Shown here: one piece after another, positions 1-14,268 of the stretch
Layout: every line of letters begins with the position of its first letter
Numbering within the stretch: position 1 is the stretch's first letter
Source: the human T2T-CHM13v2.0 reference genome, Homo sapiens
DNA length: 64,000 nucleotides
Reading direction: 5' to 3' (one strand)
Assembly (NCBI RefSeq): GCF_009914755.1
Contig: NC_060938.1
The notes under the pieces: generated by a model
Seen by the model: only the letters and a program-made list of their open reading frames with translations
Told to the model about the DNA's origin: nothing
Database searches by the model: none
Program-made: the position numbers and the translations under genes

Positions 1-429
1 ATAGGTGTAATTATACAGTTTTCCTTTTTGACTGTCTTGTTTTACTTAACAGAATGTTTTCGAGATTTGTCCTTATTGTAGTACTTTTCAAGATTTCCTT
101 ATTTTTAAGGCTGAATGCTATCCAGTGAATATACGTGCCCTGTTTGTTGAATCTACTCATCCTTAAAGGTACATTTGCTTCCAGGTAGTATGTTTGTGAG
201 TAATGCTACAGTGTACATAAATGTGCATATATCTATTCCATGTTCTGCTTTGCCTGTTTGGGATATTTTTCACACACTGATTTAGTACCATGTGTATTCC
301 CTTGCTTTTGTTGTCTGATTCGTTGATGTTACATCCCCCAAATTATTGCCGAGACCAATTGTCATGAAGCTTCACCCTTCTGTATTGTGCTAGGAATTTT
401 ACAGCTATAGATTTTACATTATAGTCTTC

Positions 430-2574
430 ATATTTTAAAATTGACACATGTAATTGTACAAATTTTGGGGAAACAATTATGTATATATGTTGTATAGCAA
501 TAAAAATCAGAGTACTTAGTGTAATTATTGCCTCATACATTTGTTATTTTTGTGGTGAGAACATTCAAAAGCTTCTTCTCTAGCTATTTTTTTATATCTT
601 TATATATTAACTTTTTTTAGAGACAGGATCTTGCTCTAACACACAGATTGGAGTGCAGTGGTGCAATCCTAGCTCACTGTAACCTCAAACAATCTTCTAA
701 CCTCAGCTTCCCAATTAGCTGAGACTACAGGAACCTGCCTCCATGCCTGGATAATGTTTTAATTTTTCATAGAGACAGGGTCACACTATGTTGTCCAGGC
801 TCATCTTGAACTTCTGACGTCAAGTGATTCTCCTACCTCATTCTCCCAAAATGTATGGATGGCAGGAATGTGCCACCACAACTGGTCTCTTTTAGCTATT
901 TTGTAATTTGAGATAACTTTTCATTAATTATTATTATTCTGCTGTGTAACAAAAAACAAAAACTTATTTCTCCTATCTAATTGTAACACAATACTTTTGA
1001 AGCTGCCTTTTCCCATCTCCCTGCTTCAGTCTCTGGGAACCCCTGTTGTACTCTTTGCTTCTATCAACCCTTTTTTTCAGGTTCCTCAAATGAGTGAGAT
1101 AATAAGATCATAAAGTATTTGTGTTTCTCTATGTGGCTTATTTTACTTAACATGGTATGCTCAAGGTTCATCCATGCTCTTTTAACTGACAGAATTTTAT
1201 CCTTTCTTATAGCTGAATAGTATTTCACTGTGCATATATAGTACATTTTCCTTATCCATTTATCTGTTGCTGTACATTTGAATTGATTCCATATATAAGC
1301 TATTATAACTAGTTCTGTAACTAACATGGAAATGCAAATATCTTTTTGACACAGTGATATCCTTTCTTTTGTATATACATGCAGGAGTAAAATTGCTGGA
1401 TCATGTAATACATATATTTTTAATTTCTTTCAGAAACCTCCATAGTATTTTCTATAGTGGCCATACTAATTTACAATTCCACCAACAATGTATACATTCA
1501 CTCATTTTATATCCTCATTAGTACTTGTTTTATTTATTTATTTATTTTTATTATAGCCATTCTAAATGGGAGTGAGGCGGTACCTCATTGTGGTTTGGAT
1601 TTTCATTTCCTTAGTGATTAGTAATGTAGAACATATTTTTATGTTCCAGTTAGCCATTTTTGTATCACTTTTTGACAAACATCTATTAAGATCTTTTGCA
1701 TTTTTTTAATTAGATTATAAGTGTATTTTATTTTGAGATTTTAAAGTTTCTTATTTATTCTGAATATTAGCCTTTTGTCATATGTATAGCCTGAAAGCAT
1801 TTTCTTTTATTGCCTAAGCTGTCTCTTCAATCTTTTAGTTTTTTTAATATGGAAAAGCATTTTAGTTTGACATAATGTTGTTTGCTTATTTTTGATTTTG
1901 TTGCCTATGTTTTGACATGTTATTTTAATAATCCTTTCCCCGTCGAATGTTATAAAGCATTTTTTAGTTTTTCTCTAATAGTTTCATAATTGATAGCATT
2001 ACATTTAAGTCTTTAGTTTGAATTGATTTTCATATATGGCAAGGCACAGGGGTCTAGTATAATTTTTCTGAATTTAAATATTTAAATGGCCCTGCATCAT
2101 TTATTGAAGAAATTAGCTTTTCCCTAAAGTGTGTTCTTGGCAATTTTGTTGACAATCAGTTGGCTTTAGGTGCATAAACTAACTTCTGGGCTTCTTGGGC
2201 ACATTAGTCTATGTGTTTGTTTTTATGCCAGTACAGTGCTCTTTTGGTTACTATAGCTTTGTAGCAAGTTTTGAAGTTTGATAAAGTGATGCCTTTAGCT
2301 TTGCTTATTTTGCTCAAAGTTATTTGTCTATTCAGAGTTTTTTGTGGATCCACATAAATTTAAAATATTTTTTCTATTTCTGTGAAAAAATGTCATTGAT
2401 ATTTTGATAAAAATCACGTTAGTCTCTAGATCACTTTGGGTAATTAACAGTATTCTTCCAGTGTATAAACACAAGATTTTTTCATTTATTCATTTGTATT
2501 TTATATTTTTTATCCATGTTTTGTCATTTTCAGAGTAGAGATCTTGTACCTTTTAAGTTAAGTTTGTTGCTAGG
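430..2574 (-). mobile_element. Old L1 (L1MA-like) 3' UTR and ORF2 C-terminus, interrupted by an Alu
   Basis: Minus ORF 1064-1327 (DKWIRKMYYICTVKYYSAIRKDKIL...WMNLEHTMLSKIS) matches the L1 ORF2 C-terminal region; typical antisense L1 T-rich text. Confidence 0.85.
612..887 (-). mobile_element. AluJ-like SINE
   Basis: T-tail then gagacaggatcttgctct...ggagtgcagtggtgcaatc; diverged dimer; flanked by ctctagctattt / ctttagctattt. Confidence 0.9.
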
Positions 2575-2952
2575 TGTATTAGTCGGGCTCCCTAGAGAGA
2601 TCACAAGATCTCACAATAGGTTGTCTGCAAGTTTTAGGAGCAAGGAGAGGCAGTCCACGTCCCAAAGCTGAAGAACTTGGAGTCTGGTGTTTGAGGGCTG
2701 GAAACGTCCAGCACAGGAGAAAGATGTAGACTGGGAGCTTAGGCCAGTCTCTCCTTTTTACGTTTTCCTGCCTGCTTTATATTCATTGGCAGCTTATTAG
2801 ATGGCGCTCACCCAATTAAGAGTGGGCCTCCCTTTCCCAGCCCACTGACTCAAATGTTAATCTCGTTTGTCAACACCCTCACAGGCACACCCAGGATCAA
2901 TGCTTTCTATCCTCCAATCCAATAAATTTGACAGCCAGTATTAACCATCACA
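2575..2952 (-). mobile_element. MLT2A-like ERVL solo LTR inserted in L1
   Basis: Reverse complement starts tgtgatggttaatactggctgtcaaatttattggattgga and ends ...ctaataca; approximate 5-bp TSD ctagg/ttaag. Confidence 0.85.
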
Positions 2953-2984
2953 TTAAGTATTTTAATTTTTGTACCTTTTGCTTA

Positions 2985-3460
2985 TGCAGAAGAAACGTTG
3001 GATGTAATTCAACATTCATTATGATGAAAACTCTCAACAAATTAGGAATAGAAGTTATGTTCCTCAACACAATAAAGGCCATTTATGACAAAGCAATGCT
3101 AACATTATACTGAATAAGGAAAAGCTGAAAGCTTTCTCTCTGAGATCCGGAACAAGACTAATCATCCCCACTTTCAGACCTCTTATTCAACATAGTACTG
3201 GAAGTCTTAGCCAAGGACATTATGCAAGAGGTAGAAATAAACTCATACTAATAGGAAAGGACGAAGTCAAATGGTCTCTGATTGTGGACAAAATAATCTT
3301 ATATGTGAAAAACTCTAAACACTACACCAAAACCTAATAGAACTACTAAACAAATTCTGTAACATTGCAGAAAATCAACAGAGTAGCAGCTTTCTGTATG
3401 CTGATAGCAAAATATCTGAAAAATAAAGTTTAAAATTCCATTTTAATAACTAACAAAAAT
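2985..3460 (+). mobile_element. L1 ORF2 (RT region) fragment, inverted relative to the flanking L1
   Basis: MMKTLNKLGIE...LNTIKAIYDK in ORF 2928-3113; continues with ttattcaacatagtactggaagtcttagcc. Confidence 0.85.
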
Positions 3461-3488
3461 TAGTTATTTTGAGTTTATTTCTTTATAT

Positions 3489-3771
3489 GAGGTGGAGTCT
3501 TTCTCTGTCACCAGGCTGAAGCACAGTGGTGTGATCTCCGCTCACTGAAACTCTTGCCTCCCGGGTTCCAGAGATTCTCCTGCCTCAGCCTCCTGAGTGG
3601 CTGGAACTATAGGCGTGTGCCACCACCGCCAACTAATTTTTGTTTGTATTTTTAGTAGAGACGTGGTTTCCCCATGTTGGCTAGGATGGTCTTGATCTCC
3701 TGACCTTGTGATTCACTTGCCTCAGCCTCCCAAAGTGCTGGGATTACAGGTGTGAGCCACCACACCCGGCC
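3489..3771 (-). mobile_element. AluS-like SINE
   Basis: Antisense dimer ending cacacccggcc; TSD ttgagtttat on both sides. Confidence 0.92.
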
Positions 3772-4177
3772 TTGAGTTTATGTTTTTATTGGTGCAAGGT
3801 AAGGTGTAACTTTGTTATTTTTTCCTTGTAAATTTTTATTATTCTCAATACTGTTTGTTGAAGAGACTGTTCTTTCCTTATTGTGAATTCTTGGAACAGT
3901 TTTTAAAAATAAGTTTACTAAACCCATGAGGTCTTATGTCCGAACACTCTCATCTGTTTCATCATTCATTTGTCTTTCTGTCAGTACCAAACAGTTTTGA
4001 TTACTATACCTTTATAGTATGTTTTGAAATTAGAAAGTATGATGCCTCTATCTTTATATTTTTTTCCCAATATTATTTGGCTGTTTGCAATCACTTGAAA
4101 TTCCATAAAAATTATAGAATATTTTAAAACTTCTGCAAAAAGTTTCATTGGTATTTTGATAGAAAGTATATTGAATC

Positions 4178-4489
<312 letters not shown>

Positions 4490-4979
4490 TCAGTAAACCA
4501 CTTTCAGTAGTAGTGACATGTTAACAATATTAAGTCTATAACCTCTTGAACAAGAGTGTGTTTGAGAATTTGTTGTTTAATTTTTACTTATTGTTTGACA
4601 TGCTAGTGTTTTTAACTTCTTGTTTTATTGTATCATAGTTAGCAATAATTTTGTAATTCCATCTGCTTAAATTTGCTAAGATTCATTTTTTAACTTAACA
4701 GGTGGTCTATCTGGAATATTGTGGCATGTGTGATTAAAAGTATTGCAGATTCTACTGTTGAGTGGAGAAATATAAATGTGACTGTTAGGTCTAATTGTCC
4801 TATCGTGTTGTTGAAATCCTCTGTTTACTTATCCATCTTATGTTTGTTTTTTAATTTACATTACTAAAAGTCAGATATAAAAGTCATTTACTGTTATCAG
4901 GTGCTGGCTACTTCATGTTTCAATTCTGTAAAATGTTGCTTCATATGTTTGGGAACTGTGATGTAAGGCACATGCGTTA

Positions 4980-5080
4980 CTGTTGTTGCTTTTATTGTTG
5001 TATGTTGTTTTAATGTTTTTGCTTTTATTGTTGTATGTTGCTTTATTGTTGTTGCTTTTATTGTTGTTGTTTTTATTGTC
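4980..5080. repeat. TTG/TTTTA low-complexity tandem repeat
   Basis: Repeated gcttttattgttg units. Confidence 0.8.
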
Positions 5081-5370
5081 CTTTTCCTCTTGTCTCTTGA
5101 GGAAGTTTTTGAAATAATATGTATTTTGTCTACCATGACAGTATTTGATTTTGCATTTAATATTTTTTATTATTCTTTCATGTACAGGTTATATGTGTTC
5201 CAGATCATAATTTGGTTATTTGTAGGAAGCAGAGAGTTGAATCTTGTTTCATGAATTTATTTAGTGAAAGTATGTTTTTGATTGACATAATTGATTTATA
5301 TAAAAAAATTACTAAAAGGGAATGATTTTGTATTGCATTTTGTTTCTTTTTTGTTTTAGGTCCTGCAGCA

Positions 5371-5680
5371 TTTTTTTTTTTTTTTTGAGACGGAGTCTCT
5401 CTCTGTCGCCCAGGTTGGAGTGCAGTGGTGAGATCTTGGCTCAAAGTAAGCTCCGCCTCCCGGGTTCATGCCATTCTCCTGTCTCAGATTCCCCAGCAGC
5501 TGGGATTGCCGGAGCCTGCCACCACGCCCGGCTATTTTTTTTTTTTTTTTTTTTTTTTTTTGGTAGAGACGTGGTTTCACCGTGTTAGCCAGGATGGGCT
5601 CGATCTCCTGACCTCGTTGATCCACCCACCTCGGCCTCCCAAATTGCTAGGATTACAAGCGTGAGCCACCGCCCCTGGCC
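5371..5680 (-). mobile_element. AluY-like SINE with expanded mid T-tract
   Basis: CpG-rich AluY features (accgtgttagccaggatgg, aagctccgcctcccgggttca); TSD ggtcctgcagc/ggtcctgtagc. Confidence 0.93.
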
Positions 5681-5824
5681 GGTCCTGTAGCTATTTCGTT
5701 CCTGTTTTTCTCTCTTGTTCTCTTTCTTAGTGTACTATTGATTTTTGTAGTGACATGTTTTAATTCTTTTCTCACTACTCTCTGTGTGTGTATGTCTTTC
5801 TGTGTGTGTACTATAGGTATTTCC

Positions 5825-6050
5825 TTTTTTTTTTTGACAGGGTCTTGCTCTGTCACCCAGGCTGGAGTGCAGTGGCACAATCTCTGCTTACTCAAGCTCT
5901 GCCTCTCAGGCTCAACTCAAACAATCCTCCCACCACAGCCTTCTGAGTACCTGGGACCACAGATGTGCACCACTACTCCTGGCTAACAGTTGTTATTTTG
6001 CATAGAGACAGGGTTTTTCCATGTTACCCAGACTAGTCTCAAAATCCTAA
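5825..6050 (-). mobile_element. AluJ-like fragment
   Basis: gacagggtcttgctctgtcacccaggctggagtgcagtgg. Confidence 0.85.
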
Positions 6051-7183
6051 GAACTGTAGGTATTTTCTTTGTTGTTACTATAGATATTACCAAGAATAAC
6101 TACTATTACATATAAAACCCTGCCTCTTTATGGCTCCCTATGTGTTTTATTGATGTCACAAATTATATCATTTTGTGTTGTGAATCTGTTGGCACAGATT
6201 TATAGTCATTTTTAAGTCTTTGTTGTCTCAAATATATAACAGAATTAAAGTATTCTGTGCATCTTCATTATAATTACAAAGAATATTATGATTGTGTACA
6301 TAATTTTCTCTATTAGAAAATGTCATATTTTACATAATTTTGTGTTGCTCTCATCATTATTTCATTTTTTAATGTGAATGACTATTTAGCATTTTTTAAG
6401 ACAGGCCTAGTGGGTATAAATTTATACAGTTTTTGTTGATCTTGAATATTCTTTATTTTTATTTTTTAATTCATTTGAAATGATAGTTTTGGCAGACATA
6501 GTGTTCTTGGCTGGTACTTGCCATTTTTTCAGCACTTTGAGTATGTCATCCTACAACCTCTTACCTGTAAGTTTTTTTGCTGAGACATCTGCTGGTCATC
6601 CTGCAGGGGTAAACTTGTACATGCTAAGTCACTTTTTTCTTGCTGACTTCAAGATTCTCGGTGTTTTAACTTTTGAATCTCTGATTATAATGTGTCTTGT
6701 CATGGGTCTCCCTGTGTTGTTACTAGTTACAGTTGGTAAAGTTTCATTAAATTTTAGGTCATTTTCTCCCTCAAATTCTGAGTTCTCTGTCACTGTTTGT
6801 TTCTTGAAATAATTTTGCTGCTCTCTTTTCTCTTTTTATTTTAGAATTCCCATTATGAGTATATTGGCCATCTTAATGGTATCCTATAATTCCCTTAGGC
6901 TCTCTTAATTTTTTAAATTATTTTTAGCCTCCTCACCCTATAATTTCAAATGACTTCTTATGAGGCTTGCTGTATTTTTTCCTGCTAGATCAAACCTGTT
7001 GTTGGACTTTCTAGTGAATCTCTAAACTCAGGTATTTTACTTTTCAGCTCTACACTTTGTTTCTATTTTGCACTTTTAATCACTTCTTTGATAATCTCAT
7101 TATCTTCATGCATTGTTTTCTTTTTCTGTTTAGTTTTCTATATTCTTCTTTAGCTGACTGAGCATCTTTAAGCTAGGTGTTTT

Positions 7184-7790
7184 AGCCAGGCACAGTGACA
7201 CGTGCATGTGACTCCAGCTACTTTGAAAGCTAAGGCAAGAGGGCTACTGTATTAATCCATTATCATGCTGATAATAAGGACATAAACAAGACTACGTAAT
7301 TTATCATGAAAAAAGTTTTAATGGCCTCTCAGTTTCACATGGTTAGGGAGGTCTCACCATTATTGGAACAAGCAAGAGACTGTTCAGGGGAACCTCCACT
7401 TATAAAACCATCAGATCACATGAGACTTATTTGTTATCATGAGAACAGCATGGGAAATTCCCACCCCCATGATTCAATTACCTCCCACAGGGTCCCTCCC
7501 AGGACATGTGGGGATTATTACAATTTAAGATGAGATTTGATTGGGGACAGAGAGCCAAACCCTGTCAATTACTTAAATCCAGGAGTTTGACACTACCCCG
7601 GGCAATATTGTGACAAGCTATTGGTAAAAAATATTTTCCCAGATTACTCAGGCATTGTGGAATGTTCCTGTAGTCTCAGGAAGTTGGAGGCTGACGTAAG
7701 ATTATTCCTTGAGTTCCCCAGGAACTTGAGGCTGCATTGAGCTATAATCATGGTATTGTATTCCTGTCTGGGTGAGAGAGTAAGACCTCT
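7184..7790 (+). mobile_element. AluJ-like SINE split by a MaLR LTR
   Basis: Alu start agccaggcacagtg at 7184; resumes at 7568 (attacttaaatccaggagtttga). Confidence 0.75.
7248..7567 (-). mobile_element. THE1/MST MaLR solo LTR
   Basis: tgtattaatccattatcatgctgataataaggacata...cccccatgattcaattacctcccac...gagccaaaccctgtca; approximate TSD gctac/attac. Confidence 0.88.
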
Positions 7791-9660
<1,870 letters not shown>

Positions 9661-9712
9661 TTTATTTTACTATTAATGATTTAAAGCTATTTTTTCTTAA
9701 AAGAGAAACAAT

Positions 9713-10035
9713 TCCAGGTATGGTAGCTTGTGCCAGCACTTTCAGACTGAAGCAGTCGGATTGCCTGAGACCAGGAGTTTGAGACCAGCCGAGGCAACAC
9801 AGCAACATACTGTTTGTACAAATTTTTTTAAAGAAACTATACAGGAGGGGTAATGTGCACAACTGTGGTCATATTTACTCAGGAGACATAGGTGGCATGA
9901 CTGCTTGACTTCCGAAATTTGAGGTTACAGTGAGCTGTGATTCCACCAGTGTACTCTGTCCCAGGAGATAAAGTAAGATCCTCTGCATAAAATGAAAAAG
10001 TAAAGAAAAATAAAAAGATTTTAAGTTAAAAAAAA
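9713..10035 (+). mobile_element. AluJ-like SINE (diverged)
   Basis: ccaggagtttgagaccagcc...gaggttacagtgagctgtgat and A-rich tail. Confidence 0.8.
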
Positions 10036-10856
10036 ATTCCTAGATCTCCACTTCTTTAGGTTCACTTGAATATATATTTTTCTCCTTTGATTGGGTTATA
10101 TTTCCTGGTAGCTTTTACTTACTGTAGTTTTGTTAAGGTTTTGATCAATTAAGAAACCACTACCTATTTTATCCTTTATGAAAGAGCTTTATACATGGGA
10201 AAATTGACAACATTCAGCCACAGTAGTCATACTGGGAGCTTCTCCAATCTGTTGTCAAAATGTGTCTTCTTTGGACTACTGTATGTATTTTCTTGTTAAT
10301 AAGGTTTACCTCTGTTTCCTCTTAGGAGCCTTTAGTCTCTTCCCTTCGTCACTGTTGTAGGCACTACAGTCTCTGTTGTTGTAAGAAGCATTTATCTTTA
10401 TTCTCAGTTGACCCAAGCTGTCATTTAAACTCAGTCTCTATTCTCATCAACACTAAATGTTAAAGGAAGCAATTTCCAGTCTTTAGATAACCCCGGTATA
10501 ACTCAGTAAGTCAGAAGTTTGCATACGCATTTCACTCTTTTTTCTTTCCCAAAGGAGAATCATGGAATGGACAGATTTTTATCTAACTGCGCTGTTCTGT
10601 AGTGCACAAATGTGACCAAATTTTCTTCTAAATGTGGTTATGGTTGGCTTTTTTCTCATGTAGGGTGCTACAAACTCAACTGGCTTTGTTCACCCAATTG
10701 TAGTTAAGTTCACATGTCAATGGAGAGAAACAGGATCTCAGGTTCTGCTTCAACTGTCGTTGTCTTCTCAGCTGACCTCATTTTGTACATTAGATTTATA
10801 AAATATATTTACTTTAATCTCATCACCGAATTTTTAAAAAAATTATTATTTTTCAG

Positions 10857-11113
10857 CTCTTGTAGCAATATATCCAATCAAGACCCAGAGAAAACAGTAC
10901 ATAGAAGCTTCTTTTCAAAAAGTAATATTGGGAAGATATGGGAGCTCTGGCCTTGAACTTTTACACTTAGGAGAGTGGGAAATTGAAGGATAAGTGTAAA
11001 CAGCACAAAGTATGCTATGATGAATATACCAGATACACAGCAATTACCTACAGCAAAAATGTCACTGCTAGAAGAGCTCAAAACCATAAAGTATTTTGGA
11101 AAAAGCATAATTA
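10857..11113 (+). pseudogene. KRAB zinc-finger pseudogene: 5' spacer part of the finger-bearing exon; no C2H2 fingers remain
   Basis: Acceptor ttattattttcag at 10856; reads QYIEASFQKVILGRYGSSGLELLHLGEWEIE, frameshift, then DKCKQHKVCYDEY...TYSKNVTARR, matching the SFQKVILxRYG spacer of ZNF91-related KRAB-ZNFs. Confidence 0.8.
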
Positions 11114-11234
11114 ATGTTGATTCTTTTTTCTGAACTATATATTTATATAATTACATACCAATAACAATTTTTGAAACATATCATGTTTTTGAAACAAAAT
11201 TTAGAAAATCGCAATAGTGGCCTAGGCCAGGAAT

Positions 11235-14200
11235 ATTTCTTCTAATGCTATCCCTCCCATAGTCCCCCACTTCCCGACAGGCTCCAGTGTGTGATGTTCC
11301 CCTTCCTGTGTCCGTGTGTTCTCTTTGTTTAACTCCCTATTATGAGTGAGAACATGCGATGTTAGCTTTTCTAATCTTGTGTTAGTTTGCTGAGAATGGT
11401 GGTTTCCAGCTTCATCCATGTCCCTGCAAAGGACATGAACTCATCCTTTTTATGACTGCATCGTATTCCATGATGTGGACATGCCAAGTTTTCTTTATTC
11501 AGTCTATCATTGATGGTCATTTGGTTTGTTTCAAAGTTTTTGCTCTTGTGAACAGTGCCGTAATAAACATACGTATGCATGTATCTTTATAATAGAATAA
11601 TTTATAATCCTTTGGGTATATACCCAGTAATGTGATTGCTGGGTCAAATGGTATTTCTCATTGTGGATCCTTGAGGAATCACCACACTGTCTTCCACACT
11701 GGTTGAACTAATTTACTCTCTCACCAACAGTGTATAAGTCTTCCTATTTTTCCACATCCTTTGTTGTTTCCTGATTTTTTTAATGATCACCATTCTAACA
11801 GGTGTGGGATGGTTTCTCATTGTGTTTTTGATTTGCATGTGTCTAATAACCAGTGATGATGTCCTTTTCTTCATTTGTTTATTGGCTGCATAAATGTCTC
11901 CTTTTGAGAAGTGTCTGTTCAAATCCTTTGCCCATTTTCGATGTTGTTGTTTCTTTTTTTCTTGTAAATTTGTTTAAGTTCTTTGTAGATTCTACATATC
12001 AGCCCATTGTCAGATGGATAGATTGCAGAAATTTTCTCCCATTCTTTAGGTTGCCTGTTCACTCTGATATAGTTTTTTTTGTTGTGCAGAAGCTCTTTAG
12101 TTTAATTATATCTCGTTTGTCAATTTTGGCTTTTGTTGCCATTGTTTTTGGTGTTGTAGTCATGAAGTCTTTGCCCATGCCTATGTCCTGAATGGTACTG
12201 CCTTGGTTTTCTTCTGGGGTTTTTATGGTTTTAAGTCTTATGTTTAAGTCTTTAATCCATCTTCAGTTATGTTTTGTATAACGAGTAAGGAAGAAGTCCA
12301 GTTTCAGTTTTTTGCATATGGCTAGCTAGTTTTCCAACAGCATTTATTAAATAGGGAATCCTTTCCCCATTACTTGTTTTTGTCAGGTTCATCAAAGATC
12401 AGATGATTCTAGATGTTGAGTGTTATTTCTGAGGCCTCTGTTCTGTTCCATTTGTCAATATATCTGTTTTGGTACGAGTACCATCCTGTCTTGGTTACTG
12501 TGGCCTTTTAGTATAGTTTGAAGACAGCTAGCATGATGCCTCCACCTTTGTTATTTTTGCTTAGTATTGTCTTGTCTATGCAAGACCTTTTTTGATTCCA
12601 TATGAAATTTGAAGTAGTTTTTTTTCTAATTCTGTGAAGAAAGTCAATGGGAGCTTGATGGGGATAGCAATGAATTTATAAATTACTTTGGGCAATATGG
12701 CCATTTTCATAATATTGATTCTTCCTATCCATGAGCATGGATTGTTTTCGTTTGTTTGTGTCCTCTTTCATTTCCTTGAGCAGTGGTTTGTAGTTCTCCT
12801 TGAAGTGGTCCTTTATATCATTTTTAAGTTGGATTCCTAGGTATTTTATTCCCTTTGTAGCAATTGTGAATGAGAGTTAACACATGATTTGGCTCTCTGT
12901 TTGCCTATTATTGCGTATAGGAATGCTTGTGATTTTTGAACATTGATTTTGTATCCTGAGACTTTGCTGAAGTTGCTTATCAGTTTAAGGAAATTTTGGG
13001 CTGAGATGGTAGGATTTTCTAGATATACAATCATGTCATCTGCAAACAAAGACAATTTGACTTCTTCTCTTCCTATCTGAATACGCTTTATTTCTTTCTT
13101 TCTTTGGCTGATTGCCAGAACTTCCAATACTATAATGAATAGGAGTGGGGAGAAAGGGTGTTCTTGTCTTGTGCAGGTTTTCAAAGGGAATGCTTCCAGT
13201 TTTTGCCCATTCAGTATGATATTAGCTGTGCATTTGTCATAAATAACTCTTATTATGTTGAGATAGGTTCCATCAATACATAATTCATTGAGAGTTTTTA
13301 CCATGAAGAGGTGTGGAATTTTATTGAAGGTCTTTTTTGCATCTATTGAGATAATCATGTGGTTTTTGTCATTAGTTCTGTTTATGTGATGGATTTTATT
13401 TATTGATTTGCATATGTTGAACCAGCTTTGTATCCCAGGGATTAAGCTGACTAGATCGTGGTGGATAAGCTTTTTGATGTGCTGCTGGATTCGGTTTGCC
13501 AGTATTTTATTGAGGATTTTCGCATCGATATTCATCAGGGATATGGGCCTGAAATTTTCTTTTTCTGGTGTGTCTTTGCCAGGTTTTGGTTTCAGGATGA
13601 TGCTGGCCACATAAAATGAATTAGGGAGGAGTACCTCTTTTTCTATTGTTTGAAATAATTTCAGAAGGAATGGTACCAGCTCCTCTTTGTACCTTTGGTA
13701 GAATTCGGCTGTGAATCCGTCTGGTCCTGGACTTCATTTTGTTGGTAGGCTACTAATTACTGCCTCAATTTTAGAACTTGTTATTGGCCTATTCAAGGAT
13801 TCGACTTCCTACTGGTTTGCACTTGGGAGGGTATATGTGTCCAGGAATTTATCCATTTTATCTAGATTTTCTAGTTAATTTGCAAAGAGGTATTTATAAT
13901 ATTCTGTAATGATACTTTTTATTTCTGTGGGATCAATGGTTATATCCCCTTTATCATTTCCTATTGCATGTATTTGATTCTTCTCTTCTTCCTTATTAGT
14001 CTGGCTAGAAGTTTATTTATTTTCTTGATCTTTTAAAAAAACCAGCTCCTGGATTCATTGATTTTTTGGACGGGCTTTTTGTGTCTCTATCTCCTTCAGT
14101 TCTGCTCTGATCTTAAATCTTGTCTTCTGCTAGTTTTTGAATTTGTTTGCTCTTGCTTCCTTAGTTTTTTTAATTGTGATGTTACGGTGTCGATTTTAGA

Positions 14201-14268
14201 CATTTTTCTGCTTTCTCTTGTGGGGATTTAGTGCTGTAAATTTCCCTTTCAGACTACTTTAGCTGTGT
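11235..14268 (-). mobile_element. L1PA element, ~3 kb, 5'-truncated and missing its extreme 3' end; ORF2 RT fragment 12846-13610
   Basis: ORF has [30 protein letters not shown] and [13 protein letters not shown]; primate L1PA 3' UTR. Confidence 0.95.

Noticed and set aside
12846-13610. 254-aa reverse transcriptase ORF as a functional gene
   Set aside because: Fragment of a truncated, frameshifted L1PA ORF2
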